From Aulosira sp. ZfuVER01 (lineage in GTDB: Bacteria > Cyanobacteriota > Cyanobacteriia > Cyanobacteriales > Nostocaceae): DNA of 64,000 bases. The stretch's first letter is position 1. Each line of letters begins with the position of its first letter. The DNA lies in the NCBI GenBank assembly GCA_034530615.2, contig JAVRCV020000059.1, positions 1 through 64,000 of the forward strand, in the 5' to 3' direction. Shown one piece after another: positions 11,095-20,469 of the stretch. Both the position numbers and the translations under genes were made by a program. The notes below the pieces were generated by a model. The model saw only the letters and a program-made list of their open reading frames with translations, had not been told where the DNA came from and made no database searches.

Positions 11095-11184
11095 CATTAA
11101 TCTCGCACATCCAGGAATTCGGGTGTTTCCTTGCTGGGAAATACACCTGGGTGGAGGTTTAACCCGAATCGGAGTTAAAAATAT
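11095..11184 (+). promoter_or_regulatory. rpsB (S2) 5' leader, probable autogenous-control RNA
   Basis: cgcacatcc...gggtg...gggtggaggtttaaccc resembles conserved rpsB leader elements (CAC.. / GGGU / UGGAGG..UAACC). Confidence 0.6.
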
Positions 11185-11985
11185 ATGCCAGTCGTTTCAT
11201 TGGCTCAGATGATGGAGTCAGGGGTTCACTTTGGGCATCAGACCCGGCGTTGGAACCCAAAAATGTCTCCTTACATTTATACTTCCCGCAATGGTGTACA
11301 CATCATCGACTTGGTGCAAACTGCCCAGTTGATGGAAGATGCATATACTTATATGCGTACACAAGCCGAACAAGGAAAAAAATTCCTGTTTGTCGGCACC
11401 AAGCGACAAGCGGCGGGTATTATTGCTCAAGAAGCTAGTCGTTGCGGTTCCCACTACATTAACCAACGTTGGTTAGGTGGAATGCTGACCAACTGGGCAA
11501 CTATCAAAACCAGGGTAGACCGCCTGAAAGATTTGGAACGTCGGGAAGAAAACGGAGCCTTGGACTTGTTGCCGAAAAAAGAAGCCTCAATGTTACGCCG
11601 GGAGATGGCGAAGCTTCAGAAATATTTGGGCGGCATTAAAACCATGCGCAAAGTTCCCGATGTGGTGGTGATTGTAGACCAACGGCGGGAGTATAACGCA
11701 GTTCAAGAATGCCAAAAACTGGGAATTCCGATTGTATCGATGTTAGATACAAACTGTGACCCCGATGTAGTAGATATTCCCATCCCAGCCAATGATGACG
11801 CTATCAGGTCAATTAAGCTGATCGTCGGCAAATTAGCGGATGCGATTTATGAAGGTCGTCATGGTCAGTTGGATGTGGAAGACGACTATGAAGATTATTA
11901 CGAAGGTGCTGAGGACGATTACGAGGATGAAGAAACTGAGCTGACTGGCTCATATGCTTCTGGCGACGAAGACGAAGAAGAATAA
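11185..11985 (+). CDS. rpsB: 30S ribosomal protein S2
   Basis: [40 protein letters not shown]. Confidence 0.99.
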   Translation: MPVVSLAQMMESGVHFGHQTRRWNPKMSPYIYTSRNGVHIIDLVQTAQLMEDAYTYMRTQAEQGKKFLFVGTKRQAAGIIAQEASRCGSHYINQRWLGGMLTNWATIKTRVDRLKDLERREENGALDLLPKKEASMLRREMAKLQKYLGGIKTMRKVPDVVVIVDQRREYNAVQECQKLGIPIVSMLDTNCDPDVVDIPIPANDDAIRSIKLIVGKLADAIYEGRHGQLDVEDDYEDYYEGAEDDYEDEETELTGSYASGDEDEEE

Positions 11986-12126
11986 TCGATAATCAGGATG
12001 AAGTGTGGAGCTAAATTATTTCACACTTCAGACTTCATCGTTTTTCTTCCCCAGCCCTGAGTAAGATAGAAATACTCAACACCCGTGAGCGATTACAATT
12101 CGAGGTCAAGTAGGAATTGAGGCAAC

Positions 12127-13071
12127 ATGGCGGAAATATCTGCAAAACTAGTCCAAGAGCTACGCCAAAAAACTGGTGCTGGCATGATGGACTGCAAAAA
12201 AGCGCTAAAAGAAACTGATGGCGACATCGATAAAGCCGTAGATTGGTTGCGGCAAAAGGGCATCGCTTCTGCGGGTAAAAAAAGCGATCGCATTGCAGCA
12301 GAAGGTCTAGTAGACACCTATATTCAGCCTGGACATCAGGTGGGTGTACTGATAGAAGTCAACTGCCAAACCGATTTTGTTGCCCGTAACGAGGCTTTCA
12401 AGGCTTTAGTTAAGAATCTGGCAAAGCAAGCAGCCACAGCTGATAGTGTTGAGTCTTTATTGGCTCAACCCTATATTGAAGATGCAAGTGTAACTGTAGA
12501 TGAATCCATCAAGCAAATCATTGCTACCTTGGGTGAAAATATTCAGGTACGCCGCTTTGTCAATTTTTCACTAGCAGAAGGCAAATCAGGCATAGTAGAC
12601 AGCTACATCCACACTGGCGGTCGAGTTGGTGTGTTGGTTGAGGTAGACTCTGAAACTGATGCTGTCGTTGGCAATGACGAGTTCCAAGCATTAGCACGGA
12701 ACGCTGCTATGCAAGTAGCTGCTTGCCCGAATGTCGAGTATGTCAGCGTTGATGAAATCCCCGCCGAAGTTGCTGCCAAAGAAACAGAAATTGAAATGGG
12801 GCGGGATGATTTAGCCAACAAGCCACAGAACATCAAAGAAAAGATTGTTCAGGGACGGATTGAAAAACGCCTGAAAGAATTGGCTTTGCTGGATCAGCCT
12901 TTCATTCGAGATCAGAGTATTTCTGTGGAAGATTTGGTGAAGCAGGTCAAGTCTAAGCTAGGCCAAGACATCAAAGTTAAACGCTTTGTGCGCTTTGTGC
13001 TAGGTGAAGGCATTGAAAAGCAAGAAAGCAACTTTGCTGAAGAAGTTGCTGCACAGATGGGCACTAAGTAA
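12127..13071 (+). CDS. tsf: Translation elongation factor Ts
   Basis: [29 protein letters not shown]; directly downstream of rpsB. Confidence 0.99.
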   Translation: MAEISAKLVQELRQKTGAGMMDCKKALKETDGDIDKAVDWLRQKGIASAGKKSDRIAAEGLVDTYIQPGHQVGVLIEVNCQTDFVARNEAFKALVKNLAKQAATADSVESLLAQPYIEDASVTVDESIKQIIATLGENIQVRRFVNFSLAEGKSGIVDSYIHTGGRVGVLVEVDSETDAVVGNDEFQALARNAAMQVAACPNVEYVSVDEIPAEVAAKETEIEMGRDDLANKPQNIKEKIVQGRIEKRLKELALLDQPFIRDQSISVEDLVKQVKSKLGQDIKVKRFVRFVLGEGIEKQESNFAEEVAAQMGTK

Positions 13072-13072
13072 T

Positions 13073-13167
13073 TTTGTCATTCTTACAAAGTTCTGATCGG
13101 AGGCAACCTCCGCTCAGACTTTGCGCTTTGTCATTTGTCATGAGACTCAGGACAAATGACAGATGAC
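13073..13167. repeat. STRR (tttgtca) tract with an inserted SDR hairpin (13086-13123)
   Basis: caaagttctgatcggaggcaacctccgctcagactttg lies between tttgtca units. Confidence 0.7.
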
Positions 13168-13177
13168 TTGCTAAAAG

Positions 13178-13215
13178 ACAGGTCAGGCAACTATGCTGGC
13201 CTGTATTTTATTTTT
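13178..13215 (+). terminator. Probable intrinsic terminator of rpsB-tsf
   Basis: acaggtcag...ctggcctgt stem followed by a T-rich tract. Confidence 0.55.
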
Positions 13216-13232
13216 GAGAATTTCATGTGGTT

Positions 13233-13265
13233 AGATCCCCGACTTCTCGAAGAAGTCGGGGATCT
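13233..13265. repeat. Perfect 15-bp inverted repeat (dispersed palindromic repeat)
   Basis: agatccccgacttct-cga-agaagtcggggatct. Confidence 0.8.
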
Positions 13266-13388
13266 CGTAGCCCATAATCGGGATTTGCTATACTTTGCGC
13301 AAAATATCAAATTCTCAGGATGTTTATCTTAAAATAAATACGTACATTTGTACCAATATTAGGTTTAGATGAGCTATAAAGAAAAGAT

Positions 13389-14474
13389 ATGGCTAGAGCA
13401 ATCGAGCGAATTGATCGAGATATTGCACTGCTGAAAGAAGCGATAAAAGCGATCGCGGCAGAACTTGAAAGTGCTTATGCTAATTATTTAGGCATCTTAG
13501 GGCAAGCCGTTCGCCAGCAGTTAATTTTGGCAACTTACCACTTGTGTACCCAAGGTTATCCCGAAAAATTCTTGAAGTTGTCACTGAATCAGCGGCAACA
13601 ATTGCAACAAACCATCCGCAAGTTAGGGCAACAAGCAGCTGAACAATTACTTACTTTTATTAATAATGAAGAACATCAGGATGCGGTAACTGAGGTTACT
13701 GAGGTAACTGGGGAATATGTAGGTGATGAGGTAGTAGATTTAGCTGAAGAAGATGGGGGTAATCAGGGAGATTTAGATGATGAAACAGATGTGGATGATG
13801 AGGGATATGTAGATGATGAGGGAGATGTGGATGATGACAAAAATCCACAACCTAAAATCAGTTTGGAAAAGCTTGTTATGGAAGGAAATCTTTCTGGTAC
13901 AGTAGTTGGCACAACGGGGGAAACACCAACAGAAAGTTTGCACAAGTCGGGGAACCCGCCCAAGCAACTCTCCGCCGCAAGCGACTGGCTCAAATTTCCC
14001 CAAATGATCAAATTCACTGACCCTTCTAACCCGATGGAATTGGCAGCTTGGCAAAAGAGCTTAGAGAAGTTAATTCAACATACACTCAAAAAAGCCTCCC
14101 ATGATGCCAATGTTTTGCTTCAAAAAATTAGTATCTTACCCAAAAAGTTACCACAACCGATTTTAGAAGTCGCTGCGGCGGCATCAGAAGCATCTGGCGA
14201 AGTTATACCCGGGCCACCTAACCTATTAAACTTGGTAATTGAAATTGAAAATGAGCAGGATGCAGAGGAATCTGGACTGACAAGGCTGATGGCAATTAAC
14301 CTCAGGCTGAGTGAAATTGAATTTGCCGATCCTAAACTTTCTTCTGCACGCAAACAAATTCGTAATATCTTAATTCAGTTAAATAAACTAGGACAGGACT
14401 ATCAAAAAAAGCAGCGCGAACGCTCAATTGCGGAAGCTGAAGCAGCATGGCGTGCTATTTGGAATGATGATTAA
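13389..14474 (+). CDS. Conserved cyanobacterial hypothetical protein upstream of recG, with a repeat-expanded acidic central linker
   Basis: Helical N- and C-terminal parts (LILATYHLCTQGYPE; AEAEAAWRAIW) separated by DDEGDV repeats and SDR-derived sequence. Confidence 0.85.
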   Translation: MARAIERIDRDIALLKEAIKAIAAELESAYANYLGILGQAVRQQLILATYHLCTQGYPEKFLKLSLNQRQQLQQTIRKLGQQAAEQLLTFINNEEHQDAVTEVTEVTGEYVGDEVVDLAEEDGGNQGDLDDETDVDDEGYVDDEGDVDDDKNPQPKISLEKLVMEGNLSGTVVGTTGETPTESLHKSGNPPKQLSAASDWLKFPQMIKFTDPSNPMELAAWQKSLEKLIQHTLKKASHDANVLLQKISILPKKLPQPILEVAAAASEASGEVIPGPPNLLNLVIEIENEQDAEESGLTRLMAINLRLSEIEFADPKLSSARKQIRNILIQLNKLGQDYQKKQRERSIAEAEAAWRAIWNDD

Positions 14475-14494
14475 ATAGTCATTTGTTCTTTGTG

Positions 14495-14542
14495 AATAAC
14501 CAATGCCCAATGCCCCATGCCCAATAACCAATGACCAATGAC
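14495..14542. repeat. STRR heptamers (ccaatgc/ccaatga) overlapping the recG start
   Basis: aataaccaatgcccaatgccccatgcccaataaccaatgaccaatgac. Confidence 0.8.
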
Positions 14543-17020
14543 AAACCAGATTGGATAAGATTGCAGAAAGCCTTGGCAATAGAAGCAGAACAAGGTTTTA
14601 CAGACTTGATGGGTAGACAATACCGCTTTAGTGAATTTCTCAGCCTGACTTTTGGGAAATTCCCCATAGGTTTGCCTTCCAGCGAACGTCGTCGCTGGCA
14701 AGAATTAGCGCTGCAATTTGCTAAATATTCCGATTTGGGATTAGAAGATAGACAACATTTAGTCGCAGATACTCGCAGGTATCTGTATCAACTACAGCAA
14801 GAGGATGGAGAACAGCCGCAGAAGAACGGGGTAGCAGAGGCGCAGGGAAGAAATTATCAATCCAAAATTCAAAATCCTACAACTCCAATTGTTGCTGAGG
14901 TGAGTCGGAGGCTGGCGCCAAAAATTGACCAAAAATTGAGTGATTTACCAGAAATCGGGATTAGAAAAGCTGACAATTTGGCGCGTCTGGGTTTGTATAC
15001 TGTGCGTGACTTACTTTTCTATTATCCCCGCGACCACATTGACTATGCACGTCAGGTAAATATCCGCGAGTTGCAGGCGGGTGAGACGGTGACACTAGTC
15101 GCAACAGTGAAGCGGTGCAACTGTTTTAATAGTCCGAAAAATCAGAAGCTATCAATTTTAGAACTGATACTAAAGGATAATACTGGGCAAATCAAAGTTA
15201 GTCGCTTTTCGGCTGGTACGCGCTTTACTAGTCGCGCTTGGCAAGAAAGTTTAAAACGCCGCTACCCCGTGGGTAGTGTGATTGCGGCTTGCGGGTTGGT
15301 GAAGGAAAGTAGATATGGCTTGACGCTGGATAATCCTGAATTAGAAGTGTTGGCAAATCCCGGAGATACGATTGATTCCTTAACTATCGGTCGGGTTGTG
15401 CCAATTTATGCTTTAACTGAGGGTGTAGCAGCGAATATGGTACGACAGGCTGTGATAGCTGCTTTACCTGCGGCGGCAAATCTCAAAGACCCCTTACCTA
15501 AAGGTTTGCGGGAGAAGTATGGTTTGATGGAATTGAAAGATGCGATCGCTAATATTCACTTTCCGCCAGATAGCGCCTCTCTGCAAGTTGCTCGTCGTCG
15601 CTTGGTTTTTGACGAATTTTTCTACTTGCAACTAAGTTTACTGCAACGACAGTATCAAGCAAGGCAAATCCAAACTAGCGCTATCCTCGCTCCTCAAGGT
15701 CAGCTAATAGAAAAATTCTACGAAATATTGCCATTTCAACTCACTGGCGCACAGCAACGAGTTATCAACGATATTCTCAATGACTTACAAGAATCCACAC
15801 CGATGAATCGTTTAGTACAAGGTGATGTGGGTTCGGGTAAAACAGTGGTGGCTGTGGTCGCTATTTTAGCGGCGATTCAATCTGGCTACCAAGCCGCGCT
15901 GATGGCTCCGACTGAAGTGTTGGCGGAACAACATTATCGCAAGCTGGTAAGTTGGTTTAACTTGCTGCATTTGCCAGTAGAATTACTGACAGGTTCGACA
16001 AAAACTGTCAAACGGCGACAAATTCACGCCCAGCTAGAAACCGGAGAATTACCGCTGTTAGTTGGTACTCACGCCTTAATTCAAGATCCAGTAAACTTTC
16101 GGCAACTGGGGTTAGCGGTAATTGACGAACAGCATCGCTTTGGGGTACAGCAACGGGCGCGTTTGCAGCAAAAAGGCGAGCAACCTCATGTATTAACTAT
16201 GACAGCTACTCCCATTCCCCGGACATTGGCACTGACGATACATGGGGATATGAATGTGAGTCAGATTGATGAGTTACCACCAGGACGGCAAAAGATACAG
16301 ACAACAATGCTCACAGGTCAGCAACGCACCCATGCTTACGACCTGATGCGTCGAGAAATAGCCCAAGGACGACAAGTTTATGTGATTTTGCCCTTGGTAG
16401 AAGAATCAGAAAAGTTGGATTTGCGCTCTGCTGTAGACGAGCATCAAAAGCTACAAGAAAGTGTTTTTCCTGAGTTTCAAGTCGGGTTGCTTCATGGTCG
16501 CATGAGTTCCGCCGAGAAAGACCAAGCAATTACTCAATTCCGCGATAACAAAACCCAAATTTTAGTTTCTACCACCGTTGTTGAGGTCGGCGTTGATGTC
16601 CCTAATGCTACGGTGATGCTAATTGAACATGCAGAACGGTTTGGTTTATCACAACTGCACCAACTGCGAGGACGTGTTGGACGTGGTGCAGCGCAGTCTT
16701 ATTGTTTGTTGATGAGCAGTTCTCGGAGTCCCGACGCGCAACAAAGGCTGAGAGTGATGGAACAGTCTCAGGATGGATTTTTTATATCAGAAATGGATAT
16801 GCGTTTTCGGGGGCCTGGGGAAGTGCTGGGTACTCGTCAATCTGGCGTGCCTGATTTTACGCTTGCAAGTCTAGTGGAAGATGAGGAAGTTTTGCTGTTA
16901 GCACGACAAGCAGCAGAGAAAGTAATCGAGATGGATGCAACTTTAGAGCGTTGGTATTTGATGAAGGAAGAATTGAAATATCGGTATGAACGATTGATGG
17001 GTGGGGCGATTATGACTTAA
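14531..17020 (+). CDS. recG: ATP-dependent DNA helicase RecG
   Basis: QGDVGSGKT, DEQHRFG, MTATPIPRTL, QLHQLRGRVGRG; wedge/OB domain. Confidence 0.98.
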   Translation: MTNDKPDWIRLQKALAIEAEQGFTDLMGRQYRFSEFLSLTFGKFPIGLPSSERRRWQELALQFAKYSDLGLEDRQHLVADTRRYLYQLQQEDGEQPQKNGVAEAQGRNYQSKIQNPTTPIVAEVSRRLAPKIDQKLSDLPEIGIRKADNLARLGLYTVRDLLFYYPRDHIDYARQVNIRELQAGETVTLVATVKRCNCFNSPKNQKLSILELILKDNTGQIKVSRFSAGTRFTSRAWQESLKRRYPVGSVIAACGLVKESRYGLTLDNPELEVLANPGDTIDSLTIGRVVPIYALTEGVAANMVRQAVIAALPAAANLKDPLPKGLREKYGLMELKDAIANIHFPPDSASLQVARRRLVFDEFFYLQLSLLQRQYQARQIQTSAILAPQGQLIEKFYEILPFQLTGAQQRVINDILNDLQESTPMNRLVQGDVGSGKTVVAVVAILAAIQSGYQAALMAPTEVLAEQHYRKLVSWFNLLHLPVELLTGSTKTVKRRQIHAQLETGELPLLVGTHALIQDPVNFRQLGLAVIDEQHRFGVQQRARLQQKGEQPHVLTMTATPIPRTLALTIHGDMNVSQIDELPPGRQKIQTTMLTGQQRTHAYDLMRREIAQGRQVYVILPLVEESEKLDLRSAVDEHQKLQESVFPEFQVGLLHGRMSSAEKDQAITQFRDNKTQILVSTTVVEVGVDVPNATVMLIEHAERFGLSQLHQLRGRVGRGAAQSYCLLMSSSRSPDAQQRLRVMEQSQDGFFISEMDMRFRGPGEVLGTRQSGVPDFTLASLVEDEEVLLLARQAAEKVIEMDATLERWYLMKEELKYRYERLMGGAIMT

Positions 17021-17242
17021 TATGTCTGAGTTAATTCGTAGTGACTTATACGGCAAGAAAAAACACGGAAAATTAAGTATAGAAAAATACCATTGTTCAC
17101 TAATAAAGCCCTGTCAGCTTCTCAAAAATTGTTGAAGAATCCGCTATGCAAGAGAAGTCAGTAATTACTCTAATATTTGCTTCAAATGCTAAGATTATTT
17201 TTACTTTGCAGTTTTTATCTTGGCAAATACAAAGGAATCAAC

Positions 17243-17794
17243 GTGAAATTAAAGTTTACTCTTAGAATTTTAGGCTGTACACTGCTTGCGGTTTTAACAC
17301 CTACTGTACTAACTGCTCAAACTCTTTCCTATGGAACAACACGTAAACCTCATACTTGCCCATCGACAGTAGAACCAAAAAAAGGAGCGCCTAGCGTCGA
17401 ACAGGCAAAGATGTATTTTCTTTGTGACCAAGAATGGGAACGTCCTCGCATTGGTAGTATCGGCAGTGCTTTGTGGTTGATCAGCGATCTAACTCTTCAG
17501 GTAGCCCCACACTCTCGTCCGGCCAACGGAACCGACCTAACATTTAACACCAGGCATGGGGGAGAGCATTTAGGCATGGATACAGATCAACCCGTATACG
17601 ATATCCGAGCAAGCTTCACCAGCTATATTTGCAATGAGATTAGGGGCAGTTATCGGGAGGGCAAAAATTGCACCGTCTCTCAATTCCCAAGCAGCACGGG
17701 GATCTGTTTCCGCAATACTTTTGGCGACTGGCACTGCCGTGCGAAAGGTTCATCAAAAAAAATTGGCGATCGCTTACCACCGCCTCAGAATTAG
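17243..17794 (+). CDS. Secreted cysteine-containing hypothetical protein
   Basis: GTG start with aaagga RBS, signal-peptide-like N-terminus (..VLTA-Q), six Cys in the mature part. Confidence 0.7.
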   Translation: MKLKFTLRILGCTLLAVLTPTVLTAQTLSYGTTRKPHTCPSTVEPKKGAPSVEQAKMYFLCDQEWERPRIGSIGSALWLISDLTLQVAPHSRPANGTDLTFNTRHGGEHLGMDTDQPVYDIRASFTSYICNEIRGSYREGKNCTVSQFPSSTGICFRNTFGDWHCRAKGSSKKIGDRLPPPQN

Positions 17795-17936
17795 TGAAGT
17801 TCATCGATCGTCCATCAGTAATATCCAGTAGGCAACCTTTCCCCTCGCGATGTTATTGGGGATGCAATCGCCATTGATGACTGAATTTTTATGAGACGAA
17901 GCTATCTTTGCCGAAGTTGTAGTTGCTGAAGCCATG

Positions 17937-19061
17937 TCAACTCAATTGGCGGCGAAATTGGTTGATGCTGACAGATAGCAATACTGTAGCAAAGAGAAAA
18001 AGTGCGATCGCATGAGTCCAAAGTACTTCTAATCCTACACCTTTGAGCAGTATGCCTCGCACAATCTCTATATAATGGCGCAGGGGATCTAGTAGGGACA
18101 AATATTTAAAGAATATGGGCATACTTTCAATGGGAGAAATAGCACCGGAAAGCTGAATCAACGGTAAATTAATAAAAAATGATGTCAGCACAACTTGCTG
18201 CTGAGTGCGGCAAACTGTAGCCAGCATAATTCCAATGCCAATTCCGACAAATAAATAAAGTCCTGATAAGGCTAGAAAAAGTGCAGCATTGCCGCGAAAA
18301 GGGACGCTGAAAACTAATCTTCCTATACTTAAAGCCAAAATTACATCGCCCATTAGCAACACAAATAGCGGCACAATTTTAGCTAGTAATATTTCCCACG
18401 CTTCTGCTGGAGTCATTAACAGTTGTTCTAGAGTTCCTGTATCCTTTTCTCTCACAACTGTTACTGAAGAAACTAAAGAACTAATCAGTGTTAAAACTAA
18501 TCCCAACACCCCTGGAATGAAAAACCAACTACTCCGCAATCCAGGATTATAAAGAAAAGTTGTTTGCGGGCTAATTAATGGTGGTGCTTGATTAGATGAC
18601 AAGCGTCGGCTAAATTGATTGATCATCTGATTTAGATAACCTTGCGCAATACCAGCAGTATTTGCATCTACTGCGTCAATTAAAATCTGAACCTCACCAG
18701 ATTTATCTTCTGATAAATTACGTTTAAAATCAGGTGGGATGATTAAACCTGCTGTGATTTTTCCTTGGCGTACCTGTTCACCTAAATCTTGAGTATTAAA
18801 CAGATATTTTTCTAATGTAAAGACTTTGTTTACTGTTAAAAGAGAAACTAATTCTCGGCTTTCATAAGTATTTGCATAATCAACAACTCCTAATTTGAGA
18901 TAATGCACATCTGGATTGAGAGCAAATCCATAAAGTAGCATTTGGATTGTTGGAGGGATTATCAATAATACTAATGTTTCTCGACTTCGCAAGATTTGGC
19001 GAAATTCTTTAATTGCTAAACTCCAGAATCGGCTATCAAATAAAGTTTGAATCCATTTCAT
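17937..19061 (-). CDS. ABC-2 type transporter permease (YbhR-like)
   Basis: KEFRQILR, YNPGLRSSWFFIPG, VREKDTGTLEQLLMTP. Confidence 0.93.
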   Translation of the reverse strand: MKWIQTLFDSRFWSLAIKEFRQILRSRETLVLLIIPPTIQMLLYGFALNPDVHYLKLGVVDYANTYESRELVSLLTVNKVFTLEKYLFNTQDLGEQVRQGKITAGLIIPPDFKRNLSEDKSGEVQILIDAVDANTAGIAQGYLNQMINQFSRRLSSNQAPPLISPQTTFLYNPGLRSSWFFIPGVLGLVLTLISSLVSSVTVVREKDTGTLEQLLMTPAEAWEILLAKIVPLFVLLMGDVILALSIGRLVFSVPFRGNAALFLALSGLYLFVGIGIGIMLATVCRTQQQVVLTSFFINLPLIQLSGAISPIESMPIFFKYLSLLDPLRHYIEIVRGILLKGVGLEVLWTHAIALFLFATVLLSVSINQFRRQLS

Positions 19062-19095
19062 TGTTAGGTGAGCTTTCTAAAGGTTAATTTCATTA

Positions 19096-19281
19096 TTTAA
19101 ACGCAAAGGAGCACAGAGGTTCACGCGGAGGGGCACAGAGGGTTCATCAGAGCCATTTGTGTTGCTTTTTTAGTTATGTAAGGATTTTGAGCTTTTGCAA
19201 GAATGAGAGATAGCCATAACGCACCTAGGGAATTTGCTCTGCGTTACTTTGCGCTGACTCTGCGTTCCTCTGCGTTTAAAA
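19096..19281. repeat. Imperfect inverted-repeat element built from ctctgcg-type repeats (MITE-like), between two permease genes
   Basis: tttaaacgcaaaggagcacagagg... (19096-19140) versus ...ctctgcgttcctctgcgtttaaa (19238-19281). Confidence 0.6.
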
Positions 19282-19298
19282 ACTCTTCCCACTGGGTA

Positions 19299-20444
19299 CT
19301 AATCCGAAAGTTGCATTCGCTTTAATATACGACGTGCGACATTAAATAGTAATAATCCTAAGATAATTAACATGATTACTGAAAACCATACACCTGGCCA
19401 TCCAGTACCGCGCACGTAGGCATCACGAGTAATTTCAATATAATAACGTGCTGGAATAATAGCAGAAACCAGGGAAAGTGGAAAAGGGATGTTACTGATT
19501 GGATAAATAAATCCAGATAGTAGTAAAGCTGTCAAAAACCCTAGCAATGCAACAGCCTGAACGGCAGAATTTTGATTATCTACACGTACACCAATTAATA
19601 AACCAAACATCACGCTATCTATTAAAAATATTAACGTACCTAGTAATAAACTTGTTGGCTCTACTACAAAATTCAATTGCCAAATTATTGCACTCATTAC
19701 CGTAATTAATAAAGCTTCGCTAATTCCAATTAGGAGATAAGCTAAACCTTTTCCTAATAGCAGTTCTTCAGCAGTGAGGCTCGAGGCGTAAACTTGTAAT
19801 ATTGTCCCTTTTTCTTTTTCGCGTACCATTGCGACTGCTGTTAAAAGTGAGGGATAAATCCAGAGAATAACTGCATAAACACCAGGTACTATATAGAGAG
19901 ATTCTTTTCTGCCAGGGTTGAACCAGAGGCGAATATGAGCAATTACTTTATTAAATGAGGATTGTAAGCCTGAATCTCTTAAGAAAAATATTGTAGTTGC
20001 TTGAATACTATTTTTAATAATTCGGGCATTATTAACATCAGTTCCATCTACTAAAACTTGTACGTTAGTAGGTAATGCTGATTTGATTCGACGGCTAAAG
20101 TCTGGTGGAATTACTACAGAAGCTTTTGCAAGTCCTTTATCGATAACTTTTTGAGGATTTTGGATATCAGATTGTGTATTTTTATTGAAATTAAAAAGTT
20201 GCGAGCTAAAATTATGAATTGGTTCAAATTGATTTGTGGCAAATAAGCGCTCTATATAAGAACGACTGAGAGGACTGTTATCAAAATCTTGAATAAATAA
20301 AGGAATATTTTTAGATTCGAGTCTAATCACAAAACCAAAAATAATTAAGGTCATAAATGGCAAGAGAAATGCCAGCGCTAAGGAAAGGCGATCGCGCCGA
20401 AATTGTGCTAACTCTTTGCGACATTGGGATAGGATTCTTTTCAT
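19299..20444 (-). CDS. ABC-2 type transporter permease (YbhS-like)
   Basis: RKELAQFRRDR, WFNPGRKESLYIVPG, VREKEKGT. Confidence 0.93.
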   Translation of the reverse strand: MKRILSQCRKELAQFRRDRLSLALAFLLPFMTLIIFGFVIRLESKNIPLFIQDFDNSPLSRSYIERLFATNQFEPIHNFSSQLFNFNKNTQSDIQNPQKVIDKGLAKASVVIPPDFSRRIKSALPTNVQVLVDGTDVNNARIIKNSIQATTIFFLRDSGLQSSFNKVIAHIRLWFNPGRKESLYIVPGVYAVILWIYPSLLTAVAMVREKEKGTILQVYASSLTAEELLLGKGLAYLLIGISEALLITVMSAIIWQLNFVVEPTSLLLGTLIFLIDSVMFGLLIGVRVDNQNSAVQAVALLGFLTALLLSGFIYPISNIPFPLSLVSAIIPARYYIEITRDAYVRGTGWPGVWFSVIMLIILGLLLFNVARRILKRMQLSD

Positions 20445-20469
20445 TGGGCATTTGTCATTAGTTATTTTT

